Of a stretch of 64,000 nucleotides of DNA, positions 35,852 to 48,896 are shown piece by piece. The stretch spans positions 992,001 through 1,056,000 of the forward strand of contig NEEC01000019.1 in the NCBI GenBank assembly GCA_002189035.1, read 5' to 3'. The stretch is from Utricularia gibba. Its lineage: Eukaryota > Plantae > Magnoliophyta. The position numbers and the translations under genes were made by a program. Below the pieces are notes generated by a model that ran no database searches, was not told the origin of the DNA, and saw only the letters and a program-made list of their open reading frames with translations. Every line of letters starts with the position of its first letter. Positions within the stretch are counted from its first letter, which is position 1.

Positions 35852-37869
35852 ATGTCCGCCGTGATTCCGATCTCCGGAAACGCTGTGAGCGGCAAGCCTC
35901 GTGCTCTCTCTTTCCATCGGTGCGGCTATTCATGCCGGATCGGTTTCTTCGCGCCGGCATCGGTTACTCCGTCGTCGCTGAGATTTGATTTTTCCTATGT
36001 GGCGGGGAGGCATGCTCGGCAAATCTCTCTTCTTTCGTCACTGTCTGCGATTGTTGGAACCACGGATGATGACGTGGAGATATATGGCGGCGGCGGAGAC
36101 AACAATGGCGGGAAGGCTGGTGGGGGTGGAGGCGGAGGGGGCGGAAATGGCGATCAGAATGAGGGGAGCGATGATAGCAACAAGAGGAAGAACAAGAAGG
36201 AAGCTTTGGTGGCGTTGACCGAGGCTGGTCGGAGTCTTGAAAGCTTACCCAAGGATTTGAAAGATGCCATCGAAGATGGAAGAATTCCCGGGTCGATTGT
36301 TTTGAAGTACTTTGATCTTGAGAAATCAGGATTCTTCTCTTGGCTTATGAAATTTGGAGGTTTTAAGGAGAGATTGTTGGCTGATGATCTCTTTTTGGCT
36401 AAAGTGGGTATGGAATGCGGTGTTGGGATCTTCACTAAGGTACCTTCTGTTCATCAAAAAATGGTTCATTCATGGTTGTTATTTACTGCAAAAGTGTCTT
36501 CTTTTTTGCCCCTATGCCAGATTGTGATATCTTGTGATTCTTTTTGTTGTGTATGCCTATTGCGATAAGATTAAAGATCTTTTACATCATGCTGGTCTTA
36601 TCAGAACAACGACCACATTGCCTCCTCATGATCCAACTATTCATGATTTTTATCCTCCAAATCCCTAATTTTCTTCATTCTATGACCTTGTATGTTTTTG
36701 CTGATGGTAGTAATTTTCTTATTGTCCAGACTGCTGCCGAGTACGAGAGACGCAGGGAAAACTTCTTCAAGGAGATAGACATCGTTGTTGCTGATGTGGT
36801 ACGTTTGCTCATTGATGGGTATAATGGACAACATCTTGTCTGAATTACTGTGTGGTGCTTCACATTGTATAGGATTCTCTCATTGTCTTGTCGGTGTTTC
36901 TCGTTCTTTAGGTGATGGCCATTATAGCAGACTTTATGCTTGTTTACCTTCCTGCACCTACTGTTTCCCTTCGGCCACCTCTTGAAATCAATGCAGGGGG
37001 CCTTGCAAAGTTCTTCCACCGATGCCCAGATAATGCATTTCAGGTGATTCTTCTTAACTGTCCTCTTTACTTATCATTGCAACAACAGAAATATCATTAA
37101 ACTTTGATATGCAGCTTGCTTTGCCTGGAACTTCATTTTCAATGTTGCAAAGGTTGGGCGCAATTGCGGTGAGAATATCTCCCCTGATCTGATTCTTTTT
37201 AAAAGCTGAAGCTTTCAGTTCCATCACTGTTTTCTTGTTCAATGCTCAGCGCAACGGAGCAAAGTTGTTTGCTGTTGGAACCACTTCATCTCTGGTACAA
37301 TTTTTTTCTGTGATCTTGACAAATTCACTACCATCCACTCGAATGTTAGAAGCAACATACCATGCTCACTGGTTTGCAGGTTGGCACTTCAGTCACCAAT
37401 GCAATAATAAACGCCCGGAAGGCCGTCAGCCATTCTGCTGCCGAGGAGGTCGAGACTGTTCCCGTGCTCTCCACAAGCGCAGCCTATGGCGTCTACATGG
37501 CAGTTTCAAGCAATCTCCGGTATGTAAACACCTCCACCTCTTTCACACAACGGCCATTGAAGCCTCTGCTTCAGCAGCACAAGCGAACTTGTTCTTTAAT
37601 CCCTTTTCATCCCCAACAGTTACCAAGTCGTGGCTGGAGTGATCGAACAAAGGCTACTGGAACCGTTACTTCACCAGCACAAGCTGATGTTAAGTGCTTG
37701 CTGCTTTGCTGTGAGAACTGGGAACACATTCTTGGGCTCTTTACTGTGAGTTCCCGTCATCTTCTTCGCCCAAGAACTTACTGACTACTCTGGTGAAGGT
37801 GCTTCTCTTACAACGTTGTCTGGTTCTTACAGATGGGTTGACTATGCTCGGTTCATCGGAGTTCAGTAG
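35852..37869 (+). CDS. RETICULATA-related chloroplast envelope protein (DUF3411, RER4-like)
   Basis: Transit-peptide-like N-terminus and Gly-rich linker, then FKERLLADDLFLAKVGMECGVGIFTK, TAAEYERRRENFFKE, MAIIADFMLVYLPAPTVSL, PDNAFQ, RNGAKLFAVG, YMAVSSNLRYQVVAGVIEQR and WVDYARFIGVQ. Confidence 0.92.
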
Positions 37870-38358
37870 CTCCCAATGCCCAAAACCCCTTCGGAAGGAA
37901 AGTGTTTGTTGGTCCGAGGAGAAGAGAAAGCTTCATTCCCTTGTTTTCCTTTTCTTTTAACGGGCAAGTCACTGGGCCGTGATCGTGTCGGGTCGGGTCA
38001 CACATCCTTGAATTAGATCCATCATTTTATATGAATAAACCAGTGTTTTAAAACTTGGGATTGAGCCGCATGTTCGATTAGATTCCATGTTTATTATTTT
38101 TTTTATTTTGATTCAATAATTTTGTATGAAAAAATTAAGATTTTTTTTAATTTTTATTCACATTAAAATATTTACAATAAATTGAATATAGTTTAATTTA
38201 CTGGGGATATAGCGTGGGCCGGGTCCAGCGTTTATGTTGGGCCAGCCCATTAAGGCAGTGACAGAGAAGTCAGGGTGAGGTGGAGGACGTGTGCACTTTT
38301 TATAAACTCGAGATCCGTTGCTGAATTTCTGATGGGTTCGTTGTTCAGCCAGAAGAGG

Positions 38359-40263
38359 ATGGACGATGAGATAGTGGCCGCCGCTCCTCCGCCGGAAATG
38401 CCGCCGTGTGCAGCAGCTAGATCGAATTCTGGAGGTCTCGAGAATGAGATCAATGGGTTCGTTAGTAACGGTGATGATGGCAATTCTAGCAATCGGCCCT
38501 CGCCGGAAGAGAACCCCATTGATCGGAAGAATTCTCCTGAAGAGGAAGAAAAGACGGAATCTGAAGTGCCCAGCGTTAAGAAGATGAAGCTCTCGCAAGA
38601 TTCAGGTGTTGAAGAAGATGCAGAGAGAAAAGTGGTTGAAATGCAGACTGGCAAACCCTCGTCGAATAAATCATCGAAAAAAACAAAGAAGAAGAGCAAG
38701 GATATTTGGAGTTCCACATCCAAGAAGAGCCGGAAAAAGACTAAAGCGGCCGTCAATAGCAATCCCATTTCCAACGGAAATGCTGACGATGATAAAGTGT
38801 TGATTACGCCGATCGCAAAGTTTCCAGATAAAAGCGACGATAGCGCAGAACTGACCATCTGCCTCTCCAAGGCTTACAAGGCCGAAAGGATTGAATTGAG
38901 TGAGGATAGATTGACTGCTAGTTGTACGAAAGGGTACCGAATGGTGAGAGCAACTCGCGGAGTAAAAGAGGGTGCTTGGTACTTTGAAATTAAAGTGATG
39001 CATTTAGGTGAATCGGGGCATACAAGATTGGGCTGGTCTACTCAAAAAGGGGACTTGCAGGCGCCAGTGGGATATGATAGCAATAGTTATGGGTATAGGG
39101 ATGTCGATGGAAGTAAAGTCCACAAGTCTTTGAGAGTCAGTTATGCAGAAGAAGGATATAGAGAAGGGGATGTTATTGGTTTTTACATTAATTTACCGAA
39201 TGGAGCTTCTTATGCCCCTGATCCTCCTCGTTTGGTTTGGTATAAGGGGCAGCGGTATGCATGTGCTTCAGATGAGAAGGACGATCCTCCAACGGTGGTA
39301 CCCGGTAAGCATTATTTTTTTCCTGATTTTTAGTTTCTATTGGCGCCATTTTTGTAAGTAGGCAGAATGTACATGAAGAAAATTTGGGTTGGCTTTCCAG
39401 TGGACGCCCAATGATGGAGTTCTTTGTTTCATCTCTGTTTTTTCCTCTTTTTGCATTAGTGTTTGCCGTGAACTTTGATGGATCTGCACTAATTAGATGT
39501 TTGTTTTGCGACATTGTGGGATTGTGTGCGTCTCCCATCGATATTTCAGTATGGGTGCGATTTTCTGTATCTTATCCCATGTCTTCATCTTTTGTGATCA
39601 CATTTGTTCTTGTCAGTTTCGTTTGCATACACAACTTGGATTTCAGATACAACTTTGAAAACTTGAAAATCTTGGTGCACAGAATTCCATGCCTAGTCAC
39701 TCATTTGGCTCTTGCTCAATGATTACTCTTGCTATCACTGAACTGTCAAAAAGGGTAGAATTTATGTTAATCTTCGCAAGATTCCTGCTATAGGGTCATG
39801 TTTCTTTCCTTTTTGTAGTAATGTTTTCTTGTTTACACAGATCCACCAAGCATGCCTATCCGTGTTCCTCACTATTTCCAGAATATTTTTTATGCCCAGT
39901 TGCATTCCTAATATGGATGTAATTATTAGTTGTCTTTTTTTTTCCTAGTGGCCGTTGCATTGAAGATTTGATGCATAGAGCTTTTGCATTGCAGGAAGTG
40001 AAATACTGTTTTTTAAAAACGGGGTATCTCAGGGAGTTGCTTTCAAGGATCTTCATGGTGGCCTCTACTACCCTGCGGCTTCAATGTACACTCTCCCCAA
40101 CCAACCGAACTGTGTTGTTAAGTTCAATTTTGGTCCTAATTTTGAGGCCTTCCCAGTTGAGTTTGGTGGGCATCCACTCCCAAGGCCTATGTTTGAAGTT
40201 CCATACCAAGGTTACGAAACCCCAACCGAAAAAAATGTGTCCAATGAGAAGAGTAGTAACTAG
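38359..40263 (+). CDS. TRO: TRAUCO/ASH2R, COMPASS H3K4 methyltransferase subunit (SPRY)
   Basis: Exons 38359-39304 and 39995-40263 encode [61 protein letters not shown] and [11 protein letters not shown]...FNFGPNF. Confidence 0.92.
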
Positions 40264-41649
40264 TTTGCATCCTTACGGATGTTTATTTCATGTTTAGGTT
40301 GACATACTGCGGCATAACCATTTACCTCGTCTGAACTCTTGGTTTGCATTTTCTCTCTTAGACATAGGACTAGGAAACACTCATTGTAGGATTTCTGATT
40401 GATAAAGCTATTGCATATTTGAGATGAATCATTGTGGAGCTACTTCAAAAATTGATCACTGAATCTATTTACTCCCAACTACATGATCTATTGGATTTTC
40501 TTTCATTCTAGTTTCCCTGAAAGATTCGTGTTGGATGAACTTTTTGATTAACCATTTAGTGAAATTAGTTGCTGCTAGATACTCTTTGAGTCCGTAGAAC
40601 TGCCTTTTTTCCTTTGAATCATCCCTTCAAAGTCTTGTAGATGAGATTAGATCATACCCTCATGAATACAAGAAACCTCAGAGGAAGTCACTTGATTTTA
40701 CTTTTGTGCATGTTAGCTATCATTGTTGGTGTTCTTGGAGGAGAATGATTGATTACAGGAGGAAACATCGGAACATATGCTCCAAGGAGTAAAAGCTGTG
40801 ACATTCAGCTCTTTGAGACCGTGAATGTTCCCATAAACACAGGTTGGTCCACTGTTTCTATGCATCTCTCCACGATTTCATTGCCTAATGTGATGCACTT
40901 TCATTGAATCAGCCGGAAGCACTTGTATCACGAAACATTTGGTTTAAAGTCATGTTTTTTTTTAATTTATTTCGATAAGGTGAATTGGGTTCAGGATGCG
41001 TGTTATATAGAGTAAAAAGGAGAACCAGTCTGTAGGAGGGCATTTGTTAGGGGAAGAGATGGGTAAATATGTCTTTTCCATGTGGACATCTCTTTGAAAT
41101 AAATCATCTATATATCTGATTATCTTTCTTTTTTCCCCCCCAAAGACAAAAAATTAATATTAATAAGTTTTTTCACACCCATATCACTCTTGGGAACAGA
41201 TTTCGCCAATCGCTACTGGCATGATTTTCCATAGTGTAAACACTAGTAGTACAAACATCAATGAAAAAGAAATAAAAATCAAATTAGCATTCTTTTGGCC
41301 TGTATCTTTTTCATCCCGTTCTACATTTTACCTCTCACAACAGGAAGCAACCAGAGTGCAAATCTGAAGCTGATAGATAACTAAGACGCAGATGGGCAAG
41401 AAAGCAATTTCTAACATGCTTCTAAACAAAATTTCATGGAAGCTCGGGGCATATTAAGAGGAAGGAGCTACTAGCTAACCTTCATTCACCAGGCACCAGC
41501 AACTTTAGGTCTTCACCATCATTGAAGATCAAGCACAGGGGTGCTGCACTTCCTACTTTTCCCCCCTTTTCTCATGACCAATGAAAGCACTATCAAAATT
41601 GATGGTCCATAATGGATGAGACCAGGCATCCTATTCCACCAAGGATCCC

Positions 41650-43827
41650 TCAACAGGTATCTGTGTGTTTTATATTCCTCTTTTTTCTTTTGTGCTTAGG
41701 CTTCACTGCATCTAGTAATGTTTTTGCCTTTGGCTTGTTAGTCCTCTCTGCTAGTTCAGATATTCCAGAAGGTGAAGGCACCGGATCCGAATTTGTGGTA
41801 TGCTCATCTGGCATATTGAATTGGGTTTCTGCAGCTGGTTGTGGTGCTCTAGCTGCATGTGTGGATGTGTTGCGAAAATGAGCAAGTCATCATATTCAAA
41901 ATGGTACCCTGTAAACATTTGAACTTGCAGTACCTTTCGAAGCCAGGGAAACTTTCAGTTCATCAACATCTACACCCTTTGAATACGGACTCCTGCAGAC
42001 AAAGTATATAAACTGTATCAGTGAACTATGTAAAAAATTTCCATATGCATAAAGGTTCAACAAACTTATAGAAATCCAGAGTATACCAAGTAGATGGTCC
42101 CCCAATAAAAGGTTCAGGTTTGTTATCCTCCGTACTATTGCCATCTTTCCCAGATGACTGTGTTTCAGTTTCCATGTCATCACAGTTGGCGTCTATTCTA
42201 GTGTCCTGTATTTCTGTCTTCAGTTTCTCTATTTCCACTAGTATATGAACTCCCTTCTGCCCTGCTTCATCTGCATTTAGAGGGGCAGGATGCCTCTTAA
42301 TTTTTTTCATGGCTCTTCCTTTATCATACACTTCAACCTGCGGTGGAACAATTTCATTAGAATAACTAAGAACTTTGTAAAAATGTCGTTCACCAAAAAG
42401 AACGAGGGTATTGGTGATACTAACTGCTTTCTTAATCTTTTCAGTTATATCAACAGCTCTCATAGATGCAAACCGCAAGCACCGCATGATATCACTCTGC
42501 AGGATGCCGTCCCCTCCAGCTTTCTGGATAGAGCAGATATCAGCATTTGAATTGAGCGTCACAGTCATTTTTCCACCCATGACGGCTTCTTCAAGGTAAG
42601 AGGGATCAATGACCTTTGAGCAATAATAGATTAGAAATCAAAGATCAAGAATTTTCAAAGGAGTAACGCGAAGGATACATTGTTGAAACAATCATGCTTA
42701 CCATTCGTGTCTCTTTACCGATAAATGCAAATGTGATCGCTATTGGAAGGTGGTGTACAATCAACGGAAGTGGTTCCTTCACCTGACATATTCAAAACAA
42801 AAAACATATAGATTGCAATTTTTCAAAGTTATTCTTATGAAATCACGTGTCGTATGATCATAGGATATCTAGTAAATGCAAAAAGAACTGACTTCCGGTG
42901 GATGCACCGTAACTTCTTGACCATCTTCTCCTCCTATGGAGCACTCTGGCCTTCTTGATGTTAAAAGGGCAGCCAAAGCAGCAATATTGGCTGCATCAAC
43001 AAGATTTCTGTCATCAAGGAAAAACAAAGGTATCAAAACTGGAAAAATCCCTGAAGTACGTACTGAAAGGGCCATCATCTTTGGCAGTACAAGTATTACT
43101 TTTATATATGAACTGAAACTCACCCGCCATTGTCGAGGATGTGAAGATCGATACGTATGGACCACACCCATTTTCCAGAAACAACACAAAGTGATTCAGT
43201 ATCCACAGCTCTGCTCTCCCTGCAGCAGCCACCTCATCAGAAACATTATAAACTACACTAGATGGATGAAGCTTACGAAGTTGAGAATCACCTCAACCCA
43301 CGATCAATAATCCGTCCCAACTCCACCGCAAACTCACTGGGGCGGCCTGGTTCGAATGAAGGATCAGCCATTGGAGAGAACTCGGTGAAAATTGTGAGAA
43401 TCCCTTCGTTAAGCCTGTCCTTGTAAGGTTGCACCAGTTGTGAAGTAACAAAACCCATTACGCGAGTCTGGCCCAACTGCACATCTGATGAGCCATCTTC
43501 ACTGCAGAAAATTCAAGATGAATCTCCATGAGTCTCAAAACGAAATATTCACCTTCTTCCACTTTATTCCAAAACTCCGTAACTAGAAAAATATATTCAA
43601 AAAAATCTTAAATCCCAGAAACCTCCGGCATCAGCCACCCACTCAATCCATGACCTCTACCAGAATCCCAACAAAAGTCTAGAACCTTACCTACCAAACT
43701 GAATTTTCAGGTTACGGTAATCATAAGGACCACGCCCGTCAATTCGTAGGTCAGAAAGCAGAGCGGTCTCAATGAAGTTCTTCTCGTTGACCGACATTGG
43801 CCCTGAACTTGCCACTCTCTGCTCCAT
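41650..43827 (-). CDS. RRP45: Exosome complex component RRP45
   Basis: MEQRVASSGPMSVNEKNFIETALLSDLRIDGRGPYDYR, LGQTRVMGFVTSQLVQPYKDRLNEG, FSPMADPSFEPGRP, DDRNLVDAANIAALAALLTSRRPEC, SIQKAGG, FIGGPSTW and C-terminal LLDAVKPKHKRKK. Confidence 0.92.
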
Positions 43828-43888
43828 TCTTGAAGCCACTCTCCGTAATCACGAACTTTGTTTTTTGGAGGGAAATGCAAAAGGGGAA

Positions 43889-43980
43889 TTAGGGTTCTAG
43901 CTTCTGAACAGCATTAAATGGGCTTTCAATACGGCCCATTATGGGCCCAAATGACAATTAGCCCATCTCCTTTAGGCCCT
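43889..43980 (-). promoter_or_regulatory. Site II (TGGGCY) cluster upstream of RRP45
   Basis: TGGGCT at 43919, GGCCCA at 43933, TGGGCCCA at 43942 and AGCCCA at 43960, plus a telo-box-like tagggtt near 43890. This is typical of housekeeping RNA-processing promoters. Confidence 0.6.
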
Positions 43981-44978
43981 ATAATTACTGCTAACGCTAA
44001 GCAGACATTATGATTAACTTAATCATGCCTTCAAAATTACACATGATCATGTACGTCATCATCATCAGGGAAGTGGGGCCTCAAGACAAAAGGAAGAACC
44101 TTTTACCTGTAAAGCCTTTTAAAATAATTTCCACAATAAGATATAACATAAATTATATTAGAGATTCAGTTTTTGGAAAACCTTTGATTCTAATATCAGA
44201 AACTAGAGATGTGAATTTATTCAGTATTTCGGTTAATTGGATTTCCATTCGATTTACGGAAATCGATTAATTCAATTTACCTTGTTATTATTTATTAATA
44301 CAAATTTTAAAAATTGAAGCTGAATCACATGAACCTAAAAAATAGGATTTGTTCTCCAAATATGTGCTTTATATCACTTAGAATATAATTAATTTTAAAA
44401 TTTTATTAATAAAATCAGTTTTAAAATTATAAAATTGTTTTGTAAAATACGATATACTTATGTTACAAAGTTTAGTAGATTAAATTATATCTTGTATAAT
44501 TGGTATGTTAGATTATTATAATATAAATTTTTCAAATTTTGAGATTTTTTTATATAATTTTATATTTAATTGTCAAAACATATATTTAAGAAATCCAATA
44601 ATTTTTAAATTAATTTTAAAATTTAAAATGCTAATTTTCTTATAAATTGAATAAGAATTAAATAAAATTAATTCAATAAATTATAGTTATACTCATAGAT
44701 TAATTGGCAATCAATTTTGTGGGTTTTAGTTGGATTTTTGGTATAGAAGTTATGATTTTTTAATATGATTTAAAAACTACTTTTGTGGCCATAGAAAGTT
44801 GACAAACGGGGTCTAGAATCCAAGTCTAGGGAACTAACTCCGCACCCAACAGCACAAGTTTTTCCTGTAAAGATCGTGTCTTTCTTCAAGAATCTGATTC
44901 TAGAGGTGATTGTCTGTGCCTCAGTCTTGTTTGATTCCTTCCCATCAGGGAATACTCTGCAGCTCAACCCCCACACAC

Positions 44979-47900
44979 ATGCCCATCTTCCTCTTCCTCT
45001 TCCTCTTCTTCTTGGCGCTGTTGTTTGAGGCTGTGCTTGTGTCAGTTAAATGTGGTGTTCCTGATTGTTGTCATTCTTCCCAATCTGAGGAGTATGGAAA
45101 GAGCTCATACACAGAGTTCCATCAAATAAGCAAACAGTTCTGGGAGTTCAATCATGAGACCAGGTCATGGGTTCAGCTCAAGTTACCTTATGATCTCGTT
45201 TCCTGTCAGGCGGGTGGGTGTCAAGTGGTCGGATCGATCCGGGAAACCGGGCAAGATAAGTCCGATGATGAAGAAGAGGAAGATGGAATGAAGAAGAAGA
45301 AGAAGAGGAAGAAGAAGAAGGCGAAGAGAAGGTGTTGCAGTTTGACAAAAATGTCGGAAACATCGGTGTGGGTGACGGGGCAGAGTGGGTCGATATATGA
45401 GAGGTATTGGAATGGGGTGCAGTGGGTGATTGCTCCTCAGGGTTTGCAATCATCAGCTGGATATGCAATCTCTGTTTTCTACATCAATCACACAGTTCTT
45501 GCACTCACTCAGCCAGGTCTCCTGTATCAGGTAATCCATTCTCTAAACTGATCTTCAAGAAGTTTTGGCTCCAAGCTAGAAGCTAATTTCTGTATCAGAA
45601 ACTAAATATTGAACCAAGATGAAGTGGTAAATGATGTTATGGTACCTGAAATGGTAGCTGATGCTGTTTGAGAACTTGGTCTGGAAATGTAGTTGCAGCT
45701 GACAGAAGAGTCAGAATCTTTCTGGATTGAGTTGAAGCCTGAGATGGACAATGGAAGAAGCAACGAAACAGTGGACATTTCTGAAGTTCGCTTCTCTTCT
45801 GGAGCCATTTCCCAAGAGCTAGTGTGAGTGTGTGTGATTGCAAAGAAAACTGTAGCTGGGATGCTGAACACAGCTGTTTCTTTTGGGCAGGAACCTTCAC
45901 CTGTTAACAAAAACTGGACTCCTGATCCAACTACTAGCTCTCAATCCTCCAAGGTATGATTGATTGTCTTCCTGATACAATTAGAGCTCATTCGCATTTT
46001 AAGGGTCACCATCTCCTGATCCAGATTGGTGAATCACGGAAGGCCTCCAGGAGCAAACATTGTAGCAGTAACAGATGCATCAACATTTAGACCAGGCCTC
46101 CTGTTTGCTGTTAGGTGTGCTGCAACCACTTCATTTGAATGCTGTAAATATCAGGCATGCAAGCATTCACTTCATACTGTGTTGCAGTGATGCAGGGGAA
46201 CTGTATGAGCATGACCAGAAAACAAAGCCATCATGGAAAAAGCATATACTTACAGAAGAAACAGGGACCAGAGTGTCCCTATCATCTAATAAACCGTGCA
46301 GTGTGAAGGGATTATATGGAGTTCACACCGGATCGATCTTTCTTCTGACCAAGGCAAGTGGTACCTAAGCTTAGCTTCTGCTCATTTTTTTCACTCATCA
46401 ACGTTCAAAAAGAAAAAGAAAAACTGCTGTGTTGGTGATACATACTTGGGATCAGGAGGGAGAGTTGGTGGAAAGACGGTTGCAGCAGAGGAAGTGGAAA
46501 TGGATAGTTCATGGAAAGCCAAAAGGCCATGAGCTCACATCTATAACCTGCACTTACCAGGAGTCGCATGGAAACCCTGATTCTTTGTTTTTTACTACAG
46601 ACACGGGGTCTGTATACGAATATCACATTCCCATGGATACAGGGAATTCAAACAATCAGTATTATGATGAGAATTGGCTGAACCACGATCATCCAGCACA
46701 GGCAAAGGTTGCTCAATGCACATCAGGGCTACAGCTACTAGGAGGCAGAATGCTTTTTCCATTGGAAGATGGTCGGATCGGAGAGCTGCATTTTCCAGGA
46801 TATGGTGGGCAAAATACAGGCCCAAATTTACCCACTGGCAGCCGGAGGAAGTCCCAACTCAAATATGTTTGGTCTGTAATAGATGCTCCTGAAACAGAAG
46901 GGTGGAATGCTGAGTACTGCACTGAAGAACGAGGGCCTTCAAATTGCATTCAAGGAACCAAAGATGCAAACAACGAACTTTCATCATCTAGATGGAGAAA
47001 AGACAGCAAAACACAGCAGAATTACCTGCTACCTAGTCCCATTAGTGATGCGTTTTCTAGTCATGGAGAATCTTACAACACAGAAAGCCAGATATTCAAA
47101 CTCTTTCGACTGAGGCTGATTCAGGAACAAGCATCATTCTTGCTCATCTCAGAAAATGGCTTGACCCTAGAGTACCTGCACAGTGAAAACTTGAGGGTCT
47201 GGTTGAAGCATGATCCATCGAAGATGGTAGGCGCCCTTGGTTACCAAAATGGAAGTTTGTTTCTTGTTGATGAGCAGGGGAGCTTGCTCATGAGAGAAGG
47301 CGGAAGCTCTGAATCGTCCTGGATAAACTGTACAGCCTTGAAGAAAGGACGTCAGGTCATCGGTGGGCGACCCTGGGATGGTATACTGGGACAAGCGCCA
47401 AGAGCAACACCAGAAGATGCAGTTTTCTTCATCAGCAGAAGCGGGAGACTACTACAGTTCTCTGTATGCTGCGAATTTCTATTTTCCATTTCCTCTCTTG
47501 ATGGGGCTGATTAAATCCTCCCTTGTTAGGTGCAGGTACCATTGAAAAGGTTCAAATGGAAAGACTGCAAGAACCCACCAGGGACCAGAGTAGCATGCAT
47601 CATCGACCAGGAAATATTCAGAGAAAACATTGTCTTTGTCGTGGGCCGGAACGGGAGACTCTACCAGTACAACAAGATAACAGAGGTATGGCACGAGCAC
47701 TACCAATCACAGCACCTGGTTCTATCAACAACATCACTGGGAACGGCAAGCAGGCCAGCGGCTGAGTCATCACTTAGGGGTTCTCTTTTCATGCTGTCCA
47801 ACGAAGGGAGGTTGGTGGAGTACAAGTGGAGCACCGCAGAGGGATGGAACTGGATAGAACATGGCACTCCAGGGGTAAATGTGAAGCTGGTTGGAGCGCC

Positions 47901-48479
47901 AGGGCCATGCTTCGGAGGAAGTCAACTGTTCTTGGTTGGGTCTGATGGGAATGTGCATCTCCGGGTAATGGATCAAGGGGAATGGAGATGGAGCAACTTT
48001 GGATTCCCAGATGATGATTACGAAACACTCCATGAAGAGCTAGATGGGATTCAGACCAAGTTTCATCGAGGCCTGCAAGGAGATGATGAAAGCTCTCTTT
48101 ATGAATATTGTCAGCCCAAGGTACAAGATTCACACAACACACATATGACACATGAATAAACTTGCTGTAATGGGGATAGCTGGCCTCTGTACAGGTCGCA
48201 TCAACTCGACCCATATCGTTTTCAGAAGATGCTGTCATATTTGAGCTGCGAGATGGAAGAGTAAGTCATGTTAGCATTCCATTAAGAAAGTAAAGATATT
48301 GATCACAATGACCTTGTCTTGGATTTTATTGCACTAGACTCACCAAAGAACTGATCAAAAGTTAATTGCAGCTGGCAGAAGTGAAGCAGGTGGCTGAAAA
48401 AAAATGGCAATGGGCACGAATAATCGCAACTCCGGACAGCTTATGTCGAGCAAGTTCCCGTGCATCATCGGTGTTGTAA
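44979..48479 (+). CDS. Conserved uncharacterised plant protein: signal peptide plus Trp-rich repeats (predicted beta-propeller)
   Basis: Hydrophobic N-terminus MPIFLFLFLFFLALLFEAVLV, followed by exons with recurring motifs GSIYERYWNGVQWV, GELYEHDQKTKPSWKKH, GELVERRLQQRKWKWIVHG, GRLYQYNKITEVWHEH and GRLVEYKWSTAEGWNWIEHG. Stop TAA at 48477-48479. Confidence 0.8.
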
Positions 48480-48896
48480 AGTTTCGTGCAGCCGAGGTCC
48501 CAGGACATGGTACCAGAATGCAGAATGAACTAGTCTACACATGCATTCAGAAGCATGTTTGTACAGCAGCTGACTACATAAGTTTACGGCTTATTACAGG
48601 TTTGCTCATAACCGGATTTCCAAGAATTGTCAAGAAGCAGAAAGAATGATGTGCGAGAAACATGCATGACCCATGAAGAACACAGTCTTCAGGAAGGTTC
48701 TCACATAACATTCACCATCAAACTCAAAATAAAGCACATCCCTTCATACATATAGCCAAGCATAGAATCTGTGTTTCGAAGAAGAAGATGTAAAAGGCAT
48801 AAGCACGATGAGGCCTTAGAAACCAATCAACCATTACAATGATTTCATTAGCAGCATTCCTAAAAATACATAAAGGCCTGTATCATGCCATCAACT

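Noticed and set aside
43340-43360. tRNA T-loop-like GGTTCGAAT
   Set aside because: It lies inside an RRP45 exon (DPSFEPGRP antisense) and forms no cloverleaf.
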